Source: Acidobacteriota bacterium (GTDB lineage: Bacteria > Acidobacteriota > UBA6911). Taken from it: 64,000 nt of DNA. A program made the translations under genes and the position numbers. The stretch lies in contig OY761556.1 in NCBI GenBank assembly GCA_963664705.1, positions 5,920,001 through 5,984,000 of the forward strand, in the 5' to 3' direction. Under the pieces are notes generated by a model. The model did not search any database and was not told where the DNA came from. It worked only from the letters and a program-made list of their open reading frames with translations. This document shows positions 1 through 9,716 of the stretch, piece by piece (the stretch's first letter is position 1; each line of letters opens with the position of its first letter).

Positions 1-568
1 CTTTACGACTAAGGGTGTAGGGGTGGGGACCGGCCTTGGACTTGCCACGGTGTATGGCGCTGTTTCACAGAATGGTGGATTCATCCATGTCGAAAGCGAG
101 TTGGGCCAGGGTACAAGGATCACAATTTATCTGCCTCGATACGTTGGCAAGGGTCTGAAATTGAGAACGGAAGACCTGGAAAGGACCGCTGGACAGGGCC
201 GGGAGTGTATCCTGCTGGTGGAAGACGAACCAGCCATTCTAAAACTGACCATGAAGATGCTCGAAAAGCTGGGCTATGTTGTATTGGGTGTCAAAAACCC
301 GGGAGAAGCGATCCGTCTTGCCCGCGAACATGGTGGCGAAATCGATATGCTCATGACCGACGTGGTAATGCCTGAGATGAACGGGCGCGACCTGGCTAAA
401 ACACTTCTATCCATCTATCCAAGTCTTAAGCGCCTGTTTATGTCAGGATATACGGCAGATGTAATCGCCCACAACGGTGTGCTGGATGAGGGCGTGCACT
501 TCATCCAGAAGCCCTTTTCCGCAAAAGAACTTGCCGCCAAGATCCGGAGCATCCTGGATAGCGAATAA
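1..568 (+). CDS. Hybrid sensor histidine kinase/response regulator, C-terminal part (truncated by window start)
   Basis: FTTKGVGVGTGLGL HATPase G2 box, then receiver domain (LLVEDE...MTDVVMP...FIQKPF). Confidence 0.9.
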   Translation, partial: FTTKGVGVGTGLGLATVYGAVSQNGGFIHVESELGQGTRITIYLPRYVGKGLKLRTEDLERTAGQGRECILLVEDEPAILKLTMKMLEKLGYVVLGVKNPGEAIRLAREHGGEIDMLMTDVVMPEMNGRDLAKTLLSIYPSLKRLFMSGYTADVIAHNGVLDEGVHFIQKPFSAKELAAKIRSILDSE

Positions 569-629
569 AGCTACGCAGGATTAGGATTATTCCATCTGCT
601 TGCCTGGCCCTGTTGTCGATCCTTTCTTT

Positions 630-2708
630 CTAGCCCCAGATCTTCACTCGTTTTTCCGGCGCCAGATAGAGCTTCTGCCCCGGCTTCACGTCAAACGCCG
701 GATACCAGGCGTCGATATTGCGTATGGTCACCGCCCGGAATTGTTCGGGAGCGTGGCCGTTGGTCAGCACGATCTGGCGCAGCGTTTCGGGACGCGATTT
801 CACTGCCCAGGACTGCGCGAAAGCGATGAAGAAGCGCTGGTCGCCGGTCAGCCCATTGACCGTGGGCGCTTCCTTGCCGCCGAGCGAAGTCCGGTAGGCG
901 TCATAAGCGGCGTTGAGTCCGGCGACGTCGGCGATATTCTCACTCAACGTCAACTTGCCATTCACGTTTAACCCGGGCAGCGCTTCATAAGCGTCGAACT
1001 GCGTCGCGAGTGCATCGCCGGCCGCGGTGAACTTCTTGAAGTCCGCCGGGGTCCACCAGTTGCGGAGCGCACCCTGCGCGTCGAACAAGGCTCCGCCGTT
1101 GTCGAAGCTGTGGCTGATTTCGTGGCCGATGGTTGCGCCGATTCCGGCATAGTTGAAGGCGGCGTCCGCAGCGGGATCGAAGAAAGGCTTGACCAGGATC
1201 GCGGCCGGGAAGTTGAGCGCATTCTGGACCGGCAAATTCACTGCATTCACCAGCTGCGGCGGCATCCACCATTCGGTGCGGTCGAGCGGCTTGCCGATCT
1301 TGGCGATCTGGTGCCGGTATTCGGCCAACGCTGCGTTCTTCTGGTTGGCGTAGGCCGTGTCGGCCAGGATCTGCAGGCCCGAATAATCGCGCCAGGTGTC
1401 GGGATAGCCGACCCCGACGATGATGTTCTTCACTTTCTTGAGCGCCTCCTGCTTGGTTGACGGCGCCATCCAGTGGATTGCCTCGACGCGCCGGGCGAAT
1501 GCAGATTTGATGTTTTCGGTCATTTTCTGGATCTCGGCTTTTGAAGAGGCCGGGAAATATTGGTCGACATAAGCCTTGCCGACCGCATCCTGCAACGCGT
1601 TGCTGGTTGCGTTGAGCGCAAGGATGTCGCGCGGCCGCTGTTGCGGCGTTCCCGCCAGCGCCGTTCCGTAGAAAGCGAAGGCTGCGTCACGGAAGGGCTT
1701 GGGCAAGACATTGGTCTGCTGGTTGAGCGTGTGGAAAGCCAGCCAGTCCTTCCAGTTTTGCAGCGGTTCGGAGCCGACCAGCGCGGCAAGCTTCGGGATC
1801 GCGGCGAAATGGTAGGCGTCGAACTGCTGCTCGCTGCCGAGCTGTGCGGCGTCGAGCAGCTCGCCCCAGTCGAGACCGGGCGCCTTCTGATGGAGTTGCT
1901 GCCGCGTCCACACCTGCGCGCCGTTGGCGAAGTACTCGCTCTGCTCGCGCGGCTCGTGTGCCCGGGCGATCTTGGTTTCGAGATCCATGATACGTCCGGC
2001 GGCAGCGTCGGCATCCGTATAATTGGCGGCCTTCAGAATGGTCGCGATATAGGTCCGGTACTTGGCCCGCGTGTCGGCCATCTTGGCGTCGCCGGACAGG
2101 TAATATTGCGCATCGGGAAGGCCAATGCCGCCCTGCATCAGATAAGGCAGCTGTTGCCCCGGCGTCGCCAGCCCCTGCGTCACAAACACGCCGAACAGAT
2201 TCTCCGTCTGGAAATTCGTTGCGTTCAGCGGATCGGTGTCGGCACGGATGCTGGCGCCGATCGCGGTGCTGAGCGCTCGCTTGTCGCCGATCCGCGCGAT
2301 GGCATCGAGATCGGCCTTGGCCGGCGCAATCCCTGCGCGGTCGATCGCCTCGGTGTTGACATAAGCGTTGTAATAATTGGCGATCAGCGCGTCGTTGCCG
2401 CTGGCCGGCTTGGATTGGAGGATCTTGTCAAACAGCTTGCGGGTGTTCTTTTCACGCGTCTGGTCGGCGATCCAGAAGCCGCCGATCCGCGAGCGGTCGA
2501 CGGGAATCGGGGTATTCTTCACCCAGCTGCCGTCGGCGTAGCTGAAGAAATCGTCGCCTGGTGTTATCGACTTGTCCATCCACGCAAGGTCGATGCCGAT
2601 CCCGTTGCCCTTCTCTTTCGGTTCGGTCGCGGCGTTTTTACTCGTTTTAGTGCTGCACGCGCCGAGCACCAGCGCGAAGGCAAAGACCAGAAGTAGCAGC
2701 TTGTTCAT
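630..2708 (-). CDS. M13 family (neprilysin/PepO-like) zinc metallopeptidase, lipoprotein
   Basis: VNAVN, HEISH zinc motif, ENIAD; lipobox LGAC after start MNKLLLLVF at 2708. Confidence 0.92.
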   Translation of the reverse strand: MNKLLLLVFAFALVLGACSTKTSKNAATEPKEKGNGIGIDLAWMDKSITPGDDFFSYADGSWVKNTPIPVDRSRIGGFWIADQTREKNTRKLFDKILQSKPASGNDALIANYYNAYVNTEAIDRAGIAPAKADLDAIARIGDKRALSTAIGASIRADTDPLNATNFQTENLFGVFVTQGLATPGQQLPYLMQGGIGLPDAQYYLSGDAKMADTRAKYRTYIATILKAANYTDADAAAGRIMDLETKIARAHEPREQSEYFANGAQVWTRQQLHQKAPGLDWGELLDAAQLGSEQQFDAYHFAAIPKLAALVGSEPLQNWKDWLAFHTLNQQTNVLPKPFRDAAFAFYGTALAGTPQQRPRDILALNATSNALQDAVGKAYVDQYFPASSKAEIQKMTENIKSAFARRVEAIHWMAPSTKQEALKKVKNIIVGVGYPDTWRDYSGLQILADTAYANQKNAALAEYRHQIAKIGKPLDRTEWWMPPQLVNAVNLPVQNALNFPAAILVKPFFDPAADAAFNYAGIGATIGHEISHSFDNGGALFDAQGALRNWWTPADFKKFTAAGDALATQFDAYEALPGLNVNGKLTLSENIADVAGLNAAYDAYRTSLGGKEAPTVNGLTGDQRFFIAFAQSWAVKSRPETLRQIVLTNGHAPEQFRAVTIRNIDAWYPAFDVKPGQKLYLAPEKRVKIWG

Positions 2709-3085
2709 GTGTTGACCCTCTCCAAAGATGATCCCCGGGTTCCTCCAGCCCCTGCTTTGCAATGCTGCAAGCGGCCGTCAGGAGAGCGGCTGGGCTTTTC
2801 GACGAACGGAGGTACTGCATCCAGTTCATAGAAAATCGTACACGATTTTCATGCCTGAATTCCAAATTATTCCAGGGACCTCCCAACGAAATTTTCCTCC
2901 CGCAATGCTCGCCTGATCTGAGAATTATCGTTGAGCTTCAAACGAGCTCACCGGCTCAAGGCAAACCCAAGTGGAGTGGTAGGTTAACGCGGTTGCTCTC
3001 TTAGCTGTCGGCTTCAACGGCGCAGGGAGATCGTTTTTGATCGCTTAAGGAGATGAACAGAAGAAGGAACAGCGCAACCTGCGCG

Positions 3086-3535
3086 TCAGGGATTAAACCG
3101 CGCCCCTCGCATCAGGTGGATGCAGAAACCTATGGCTACAGCAATTAGCGGTAGCATGATTAGGGAAAGCAGTCGGGTAGCCAAACGGACATTCGGCTTA
3201 TTGACGTTGTCGAGCGCCCACGACAGTAGTGGGAGCATCGCAACCACCCACACTACATATTCCACCAGGTCGGGATGGTACTTTCCCTGGAAGGACTCTA
3301 TCAATTCCATGGCTCCGATGGTGAGAGAGGCAATCAAACCGCCCAGCCATTCCCATCGCTAGGCTGCAATCAATCCGGCAGCAAAAATCGGGAGGCAAAT
3401 GAGCAAAACAGGATCTGGTCGTGTTGGTTGTTGCACCGCCAGATCCAAGACACTCAGTACACCGACAAGCAGAATGACAATGCTGAAGGCGCGCCAGATC
3501 ACACGCACAATGAGACTCATAATCCTGAGTTCCAT
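3086..3535 (-). pseudogene. Small membrane protein interrupted by an in-frame TAG at 3359-3361
   Basis: ORFs 3359..3553 and 3086..3337 share a frame; the joined reading ...GLIAA*RWEWLGGLIAS... is one continuous hydrophobic protein. Confidence 0.6.
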
Positions 3536-3659
3536 GGCAGCAGCCCCTGACAATAAAAGAATCCGGCAGTACCTTCTGGCTTTCCAGTCCAGGGCTTCAT
3601 GGAAATCCGGCTAAATACGCCGAAATTGCCCAAAAGGCAGGAACGGCTGAAACAAAATT

Positions 3660-4271
3660 TCAATCGCTTCCAGCGCTTCCCTTGAAACGGTCCTCTTCTT
3701 CGGCAAAAAGGATATTGAAGCTCGTCAACGTCCCGTAGCATCCCGTAATGTAGCCCTGCAGTTTGATCTTTTGATCCTCCGGAATCTCCATTCCATTTAT
3801 TTGCTGCTCCAGCACGCGCAAACGATTTCTGAGCATCCCGATCTTGTGGAAAAATGTTTCTATGGGCCAACTCTTCTCCTGGAGCCCCTCTTTTGCAGGA
3901 CGCAAAACCATTTCGCCGCCATTCCATTTGTCAGCAATCGCAATTGGGGTCAGGCCGGTCTCTTCTCTGATTATGCGTCTCAACATCATTTCAAGATCTG
4001 CAGCACCTTCGCTTTGGGATAAGTCAACCACGGGGAGTTTCCTTTCTCGCTCCGTTATCAGGGGTATCTGAGGTGGAGCTGATGGTTCAGATTTCACTTT
4101 TGATTGACCTTCTCTGGCCTCGCCCCCACGATAATTGTGCTGACTGCCACAATAATTACAGATGACTCTCAGCGCTGCCCCTTGTGCCTCCGCAACGATC
4201 ACGGTATGACTGCGAACTGTTTTGCAGGCACGGCACAAATCATCCAGTGGATCCCCTGCTTTGAAAGACAC
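3660..4271 (-). CDS. Hypothetical protein with N-terminal zinc-ribbon-like Cys motifs
   Basis: CRAC ... CNYCGSQH, C-terminal coiled-coil; 203 aa with GGAGG RBS upstream. Confidence 0.75.
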   Translation of the reverse strand: MSFKAGDPLDDLCRACKTVRSHTVIVAEAQGAALRVICNYCGSQHNYRGGEAREGQSKVKSEPSAPPQIPLITERERKLPVVDLSQSEGAADLEMMLRRIIREETGLTPIAIADKWNGGEMVLRPAKEGLQEKSWPIETFFHKIGMLRNRLRVLEQQINGMEIPEDQKIKLQGYITGCYGTLTSFNILFAEEEDRFKGSAGSD

Positions 4272-4370
4272 ATTTCCTCCCTTTGCCTGAAAATATGATT
4301 CTAGCTGTTATCTCCAAAAACATGAAGGCAAAGAGCAGTCGACAATCTGTGCCGTGCTGTTGCGCGCAAG

Positions 4371-5438
4371 TCAATGGTCTTTGCGCGGGTGATGCTTCAT
4401 AAGGTCGAAAACGGCGACCAATCCCGCATGGTCCGAAGCATACAATCCATCTGTGTCGGGCACGAATCCGGTCCTCGCGATTGAGTCAGCATTCAGCCCA
4501 TTCGAGAAGATCAGATCTATCCGCTCCAAAGGCTGAATGGGTTGGCCTGCCATAAGGTCTTCCCCGAAAAGCGGCCAGGTCAGGCCGGGATCGCCCGGGC
4601 TTAATTTTTTCCAAACATCGTCGAATCCTGAATGCGCAATGTAGTCATAGCTTTGTGTCATGTCGGAAGGGTAATTATTCGTATGCTCGGCATCCGAATT
4701 AAAATCCCCGGCCAGGACTACCGGGAGATTGGATTTACTCAGATTTTCCACAAGCTCCAGCGCCTGGGACAGCTGCAAATCGAATGTATCCGGATAGCCC
4801 GAGACGGCACTCTCCAGATGAGTAGTGGCAAATTCGAATTGTGAATCCCGAACCTTTACATTGACTGCCAGCCAACCGCCCAGAAGCGGAATATTCGTTC
4901 CGTCGGGCATTGGGAAGAACATGTTGTTTTCATAGATACGGCTTTCACTCCCAATTACATTCAGTTGGCCGGATCGCACCAGGATTGCATTGTGATCGGT
5001 GAAAATGGCCAAATCGGGGATTTCAATGCGGGTTAGTTCTTGAATGGCCGCCACCTTATAGTGCAGGCCTGCGGAGTGAAGCGATTTCATAAGTAAATCC
5101 AGCTGGTCAAACTGGACGGCTTCAAGTGGAATATCCCATGTCGTTACTTCCTGGAGCGCAATAATGTCGGGCTTTGTTTCGGCGATTTCGGCAGCCAGAC
5201 GAGCTATGCGCTCCGGGATTCTACTTTGAACAACTTCCGAAATAGTATTATAGACGGCCTCCGCGAAATCACCACCGGCCGCGGCGATGAGGTTAAAGTC
5301 CGTGCCGGCATCCATGTTGCGGGTCATCACCTTCACGTGCAGATTTGGATTCTCGGCCGAGGCCGATGAGGTTGAGATAACGCAAAGCGAGAATGCAACA
5401 ACTGTCACAAAGCACACTGTGAACGCTCTTCCTTTCAT
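4371..5438 (-). CDS. Secreted endonuclease/exonuclease/phosphatase (EEP) family protein
   Basis: Signal peptide; MTRN, ALQEV, THLE, GDFNS, RIDLIF, SDH motifs. Confidence 0.88.
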   Translation of the reverse strand: MKGRAFTVCFVTVVAFSLCVISTSSASAENPNLHVKVMTRNMDAGTDFNLIAAAGGDFAEAVYNTISEVVQSRIPERIARLAAEIAETKPDIIALQEVTTWDIPLEAVQFDQLDLLMKSLHSAGLHYKVAAIQELTRIEIPDLAIFTDHNAILVRSGQLNVIGSESRIYENNMFFPMPDGTNIPLLGGWLAVNVKVRDSQFEFATTHLESAVSGYPDTFDLQLSQALELVENLSKSNLPVVLAGDFNSDAEHTNNYPSDMTQSYDYIAHSGFDDVWKKLSPGDPGLTWPLFGEDLMAGQPIQPLERIDLIFSNGLNADSIARTGFVPDTDGLYASDHAGLVAVFDLMKHHPRKDH

Positions 5439-5508
5439 GGACGATCCTCCCCAAAATGTGTAGTGAACTGCTTTCAATCCCCCCAATGATGGAGGCACGA
5501 CAGAGCAA

Positions 5509-5525
5509 TGCAAATCGTGAGCCAG
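5509..5525 (-). promoter_or_regulatory. Putative sigma54 (-24/-12) promoter for the EEP gene
   Basis: Minus strand CTGGCTCACGATTTGCA versus consensus TGGCAC-N5-TTGCA; about 70 nt upstream of the start, next to an NtrC-family gene. Confidence 0.6.
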
Positions 5526-5639
5526 GTGGCTTGCCCGGTGTTGGCGAGCTTATTTTTTGCATTTAGTCGAAGATGGCCTTTTTAAGTGTGTAGTGGAGTG
5601 CACACATGAAGCCATCGGTGTGAGGCGTCCTGCGCAGTG

Positions 5640-6983
5640 TTACAAATCAAATTCCTTGATCTTGTTTTGGAGGGTGCGACGGCTGATGTTCAAAACCTTT
5701 GCCGCCCGCGTGCGATTCTGATGGGCGGAGTTCAGAGCATTCATAATAATCTGTCTTTCTGCGCTGCGGATGATAGCTTCAGTCCGGGATTTCAGACTGG
5801 AATCTGCCGCTGCCGCATCTCCGGGGTGCATTTCGTTCGGCAGCAAAGCCGGATCAAGGATGGTGCCCTCGGAAAGAACAAACATACGTTCGATCACGTT
5901 TTCCAGCTCCCTGATATTTCCCGGCCAGTCATAGGAGACAAAGGCATTGAACACTTCCGGCGGGATTCCAACTCTCCTCCGGTATCTGGCCGTTAAACGA
6001 CTTAAAAAATGTTCCGACAATAGAATAATGTCCTCTCGTCTCTCTCTCAGTGGGGGGATATGCAACGGCACTACATTCAAACGATAGAAAAGGTCGGAGC
6101 GAAATGAGGCGTTTTGGCAGGCGGCGGCCAGGTCTTTGTTTGTCGCAGCCACAATTCGAACATCCACGCGTATGGTTTTGACGCCTCCCACCCTTTCGAA
6201 AGCTCGATCCTGAATAGCGGCAAGTAGTTTTGCCTGGACATTGAGCGGCAGTTCTCCGATTTCGTCCAGGAAAATTGTTCCGCCGTTTGCCAGTTCAAAC
6301 CGTCCCGGTTTGGAAACAACCGCGCCGGTGAATGAACCCTTCTCGTGGCCGAACAGATCGCTTTCCAGCAATGCATCCGGAATGGCTGCGCAATTGACTT
6401 TGATGAACGGTTGCGTATGTCTGGAGCTGGCAAGGTGGATTGCGCGTGCGACCAGCTCTTTGCCCACTCCGGTTTCGCCTGAAATGAGAACGGTTGAATC
6501 GGTCGATGCAACTCTTCTCATGGCATGAAAAACCTGCATTATTGGGGCGGTTGCGCCGACGATGTTTGGGGCGAATTGTTTTGCATCGTCATAATAGGGC
6601 GAGACCAGTTCCTTGTTTTTGCTCGATTCGGAAAGCGCTTTTTTTACAACTTGCAGAAGCTCGTCAGGATTGAAGGGTTTGGTGATGAAATCGTAAGCGC
6701 CTTTCTTCATCGCGGCTACGGCGTCCTCCACACTCCCAAAGGCGGAGATCATAATCACTGGGGCAGCCGGGTTTATCTTTAAGCTGAGACTCATAACATC
6801 CATGCCGCTGTTGCCCGGCATTTTCAAATCCGTTATCACGAGATCGAAAGTCCCCGACTTGAGTGCGTCAAAGGCCGCCTCCGCATTGGACGCCGTTACG
6901 ATTTCGACGGGAAGCTCTTTGACGATATCACGCAATATTGTCAGCAGATTACGATCGTCATCAACCAATAGTATGGCCGGCAT
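5640..6983 (-). CDS. Sigma54-dependent response regulator (NtrC/AtoC family: REC-AAA+-Fis HTH)
   Basis: Receiver, GETGVGKE Walker A, GSFTGA (GAFTGA variant), FLDEIGE, WPGNIREL, C-terminal HTH. Confidence 0.95.
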   Translation of the reverse strand: MPAILLVDDDRNLLTILRDIVKELPVEIVTASNAEAAFDALKSGTFDLVITDLKMPGNSGMDVMSLSLKINPAAPVIMISAFGSVEDAVAAMKKGAYDFITKPFNPDELLQVVKKALSESSKNKELVSPYYDDAKQFAPNIVGATAPIMQVFHAMRRVASTDSTVLISGETGVGKELVARAIHLASSRHTQPFIKVNCAAIPDALLESDLFGHEKGSFTGAVVSKPGRFELANGGTIFLDEIGELPLNVQAKLLAAIQDRAFERVGGVKTIRVDVRIVAATNKDLAAACQNASFRSDLFYRLNVVPLHIPPLRERREDIILLSEHFLSRLTARYRRRVGIPPEVFNAFVSYDWPGNIRELENVIERMFVLSEGTILDPALLPNEMHPGDAAAADSSLKSRTEAIIRSAERQIIMNALNSAHQNRTRAAKVLNISRRTLQNKIKEFDL

Positions 6984-6993
6984 TGAAATCTCC

Positions 6994-8361
6994 TCATGCG
7001 GGCGGATTAAGCCCATCTCCGGCAGGAAAGTGGATTATGAATCGTGCCCCCCTATTATCGCTTTCTGCCGTGATCTCTCCTCCATTCAGATTGACGAGCC
7101 GTTTGCTGATCGCGAGCCCTAGCCCCATTCCATTCGCTTTTGTGGAGACGAATGGTTCAAAGATCCGGGGAAGGATTTCCGGAGGCACGCCATTCCCGGT
7201 GTCAGAAAATGTGATCCTGATGGAGGAATGGATGTGTTCTGTGTGAATGCGAAGTGAGCCATCGGAGCCACAGGCGTCGTATGAATTCCTTATCAAATTT
7301 ATGAATACCTGCCGAAGGGTTTGGGGATCAGCCTTGCAGAGAGGGACTCCCTGCGAAAGGTCCAATTCTATCCTGGGGGCATTCTCACTCATCTTCATCA
7401 AAGTCACTGTTTTTTCAATCAGGTTATTGATGCACACATCCTCTTTTTCGATCTTTATCGGGCGGATGAGTCCACGGTAATTTGTCAGCATTCCGTCCAA
7501 GCGCTCGATTTCATCGGAAATCAAATTCAGATACTCCCTGGATTTTTCACCAGTCAGGCTTCCAGGCTTCTCATTAAGAAGATGCGCCGCACCTTTAATA
7601 GAGCTTAGTGGCGTTCTCAACTCATGCGCTATTCCGGCGGTCATTTCGTTGAGCATGTCGAGCTTTGTACGCATCTCAACAAGAAGGTCGTACGCATCTC
7701 GATGCTTATATACTCCGGCCGCCAGCACGGAGGTATAAATCACGGTGCCCAGATGTCCCAAGGGGGGAATGCGCAGAGGGATATGGTTGGACTGAAGAAG
7801 ATCCGTGCTGCAGGCAAAACATGCAATCCAGACGGCAATCAGAACATAACGGAATCGGCTCTTTTCTCCCTTCGAGGCAGCGCCATTGATAGCCCTTCCC
7901 AATACAAAATTCGAAGCGGCAAAAGATGCAAAAAGCATTGCCAGATACAGTGCGTTCCAGACATCTCCTTCGACAAAATCCTGAACCTTGGGATATTTAA
8001 GCGCGAGAGGAGAGCTTATGGTCAGGGGCAAGCACAGGACATAGCCGGCAAGGAGCAATCTGCGTTTAAGCGGAAACCCGGCTAGACTGCATATAAAATG
8101 AAGCATTACCGCGGGCGCCATGCCGGTCCCGACCAGGGAGAAATAGAACCAGGGGGATTGATACCGCGTTTGCATTGTATGCATGGTCTGCAAGACCATA
8201 AAATCGCAAAAGGTCCAGATAGCGGCAGTCAGGCAGTTAAACAGAAATGTGACATAAACTGTTGTGCGTGAAGTTCGAGTCAGGATAAGCAGAATAAATA
8301 GCCCATTGATCAAGGCGGCGGTCAGAGCCAGCCACTTATCCATCTGATCGATGATTGTCAT
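6994..8361 (-). CDS. Membrane sensor histidine kinase with N-terminal multi-TM (7TM-like) region
   Basis: Several TM helices, AHELRTPL H-box, NLIRNS, DTGNG, GMGLGL; directly upstream of the NtrC-type gene. Confidence 0.9.
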   Translation of the reverse strand: MTIIDQMDKWLALTAALINGLFILLILTRTSRTTVYVTFLFNCLTAAIWTFCDFMVLQTMHTMQTRYQSPWFYFSLVGTGMAPAVMLHFICSLAGFPLKRRLLLAGYVLCLPLTISSPLALKYPKVQDFVEGDVWNALYLAMLFASFAASNFVLGRAINGAASKGEKSRFRYVLIAVWIACFACSTDLLQSNHIPLRIPPLGHLGTVIYTSVLAAGVYKHRDAYDLLVEMRTKLDMLNEMTAGIAHELRTPLSSIKGAAHLLNEKPGSLTGEKSREYLNLISDEIERLDGMLTNYRGLIRPIKIEKEDVCINNLIEKTVTLMKMSENAPRIELDLSQGVPLCKADPQTLRQVFINLIRNSYDACGSDGSLRIHTEHIHSSIRITFSDTGNGVPPEILPRIFEPFVSTKANGMGLGLAISKRLVNLNGGEITAESDNRGARFIIHFPAGDGLNPPA

Positions 8362-8718
8362 AAACCAATTCCCGCCACTCCGGTATTTCAGAGCCGGTAT
8401 GCCGGGCGAACAGTCGCCGGGCATGCATTCATTCAGACCAGGGGAATAACGATTACTGCCGATGCATTTGCTTCCTGCGCATTCGGCCTTTTCTATCTCA
8501 AATCAATGGATTTCGGACGCGATACTATAGGTAGAAGCAGTATAGGAGAGATTGGAGAAAAACGGCAATCTTATCTGCGGGTTTCTCACTGTTTCGCGCA
8601 GAGTGATTCACATCCGGCGATGCGGTATGCGCACGCTGCTTCGCAGCCGTACAACCAGCCAATTGTCAATTCCCAGGGAAAATATAGGTTCTCCGGGCTT
8701 TTGCATTTCCGGAATGAA

Positions 8719-8734
8719 CTGGCACGCTAATTGT
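8719..8734 (+). promoter_or_regulatory. Putative sigma54 promoter
   Basis: CTGGCACGCTAATTGT: perfect -24 element, -12 TTGT instead of TTGC; upstream of the 8877 gene. Confidence 0.5.
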
Positions 8735-8876
8735 ATATACCGGAGATGGGCGCTGCGAGGCTGGATCGGAATCGTCGATGCATTTTCCTTGTGCAAGTCA
8801 GAAGCAGCGCCGCCGCATTCAACGGACTTGCCATAGGGCGTCGCTATCGCATTCATTGCGATTTGGGAGGAGACAA

Positions 8877-9392
8877 ATGGCACAAAGAACTTCTTTTGGG
8901 ATTATCGGTTTGCTGCTCGCCGTTACATTGCAGCTGCAGGCAGGCACGGCATCAGTGCAGAAGACAACCTGGGAGGGGCTTTCCATCGTGCTGGGCAAGC
9001 AGGTTACGATTGTAATGCCCGGAGGAACCATCATCAGGGGCAAAGCAAAAGCGGTTGAGCCGGATGCTCTGACCATGCAGGTTAAACAAACAACGGATCC
9101 GATCGCTTATCCCAAAGGCTTTCTGCGTATTCCACGCGAGACATTAAGGGTTTTGCAGCTGCAAACGAAAGGAACCAAGTTTCGGATCATTGGGACGGCT
9201 TTGGGCGCTGTTGCAGGACTGGCTGGTGGGGGAGGCGCGGCTATTGCCATTCAAGGAGGAATCCTAAGCAACAATAATCCTGGGGGAGCCGCTGCGGCTC
9301 TCATTGGGATTACGGCTGTCGGAACGACGGTCGGATACCTGACGGGAGATAAAGGAGATACGCGTTCACTGATTATCGAGATTGTGCAGTAG
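8877..9392 (+). CDS. Hypothetical secreted/membrane protein with Gly-rich hydrophobic C-terminus
   Basis: GGAGGAG RBS before ATG 8877, signal peptide, glycine-zipper-like helices. Confidence 0.75.
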   Translation: MAQRTSFGIIGLLLAVTLQLQAGTASVQKTTWEGLSIVLGKQVTIVMPGGTIIRGKAKAVEPDALTMQVKQTTDPIAYPKGFLRIPRETLRVLQLQTKGTKFRIIGTALGAVAGLAGGGGAAIAIQGGILSNNNPGGAAAALIGITAVGTTVGYLTGDKGDTRSLIIEIVQ

Positions 9393-9479
9393 AAACGTTC
9401 TCTTCCAACAGTTATTTCTTTGAACTGGTATATGAATTGAGGCATGTGGTTTAATCATCGCTATAGACGAGGTGTTTTG

Positions 9480-9716
9480 ATGGATAGGGCGGGAAGATTC
9501 AAAAAGGCCAAGAAAGATGACGGCAGTCAGTATATCGGAATGGGTGTCGGTCTTGGGCTTGCTATCGGAGCAGGAGTCGGCACAGCCATTGGAAATATTG
9601 CCATCGGTATAGGCTGTGGCCTGGCGCTCGGGATCAGCCTTGGGTCTCTGATGGCGGGGAAAGCAAAACGGGCGGCAGACAAAACACGAGCAAATCTTCC
9701 CGGTTCAAATTCGTAG
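9480..9716 (+). CDS. Small glycine-zipper membrane protein
   Basis: GAGGTG RBS; GMGVGLGLAIGAGVG...GLALGISLG; last codons lie inside repeat unit 1. Confidence 0.65.
   Translation: MDRAGRFKKAKKDDGSQYIGMGVGLGLAIGAGVGTAIGNIAIGIGCGLALGISLGSLMAGKAKRAADKTRANLPGSNS

Noticed and set aside
630-2708. M13 peptidase as a horizontally acquired island
   Set aside because: It looks GC-richer than its neighbours by eye, but no mobility genes or boundary repeats were seen and the difference cannot be quantified here.
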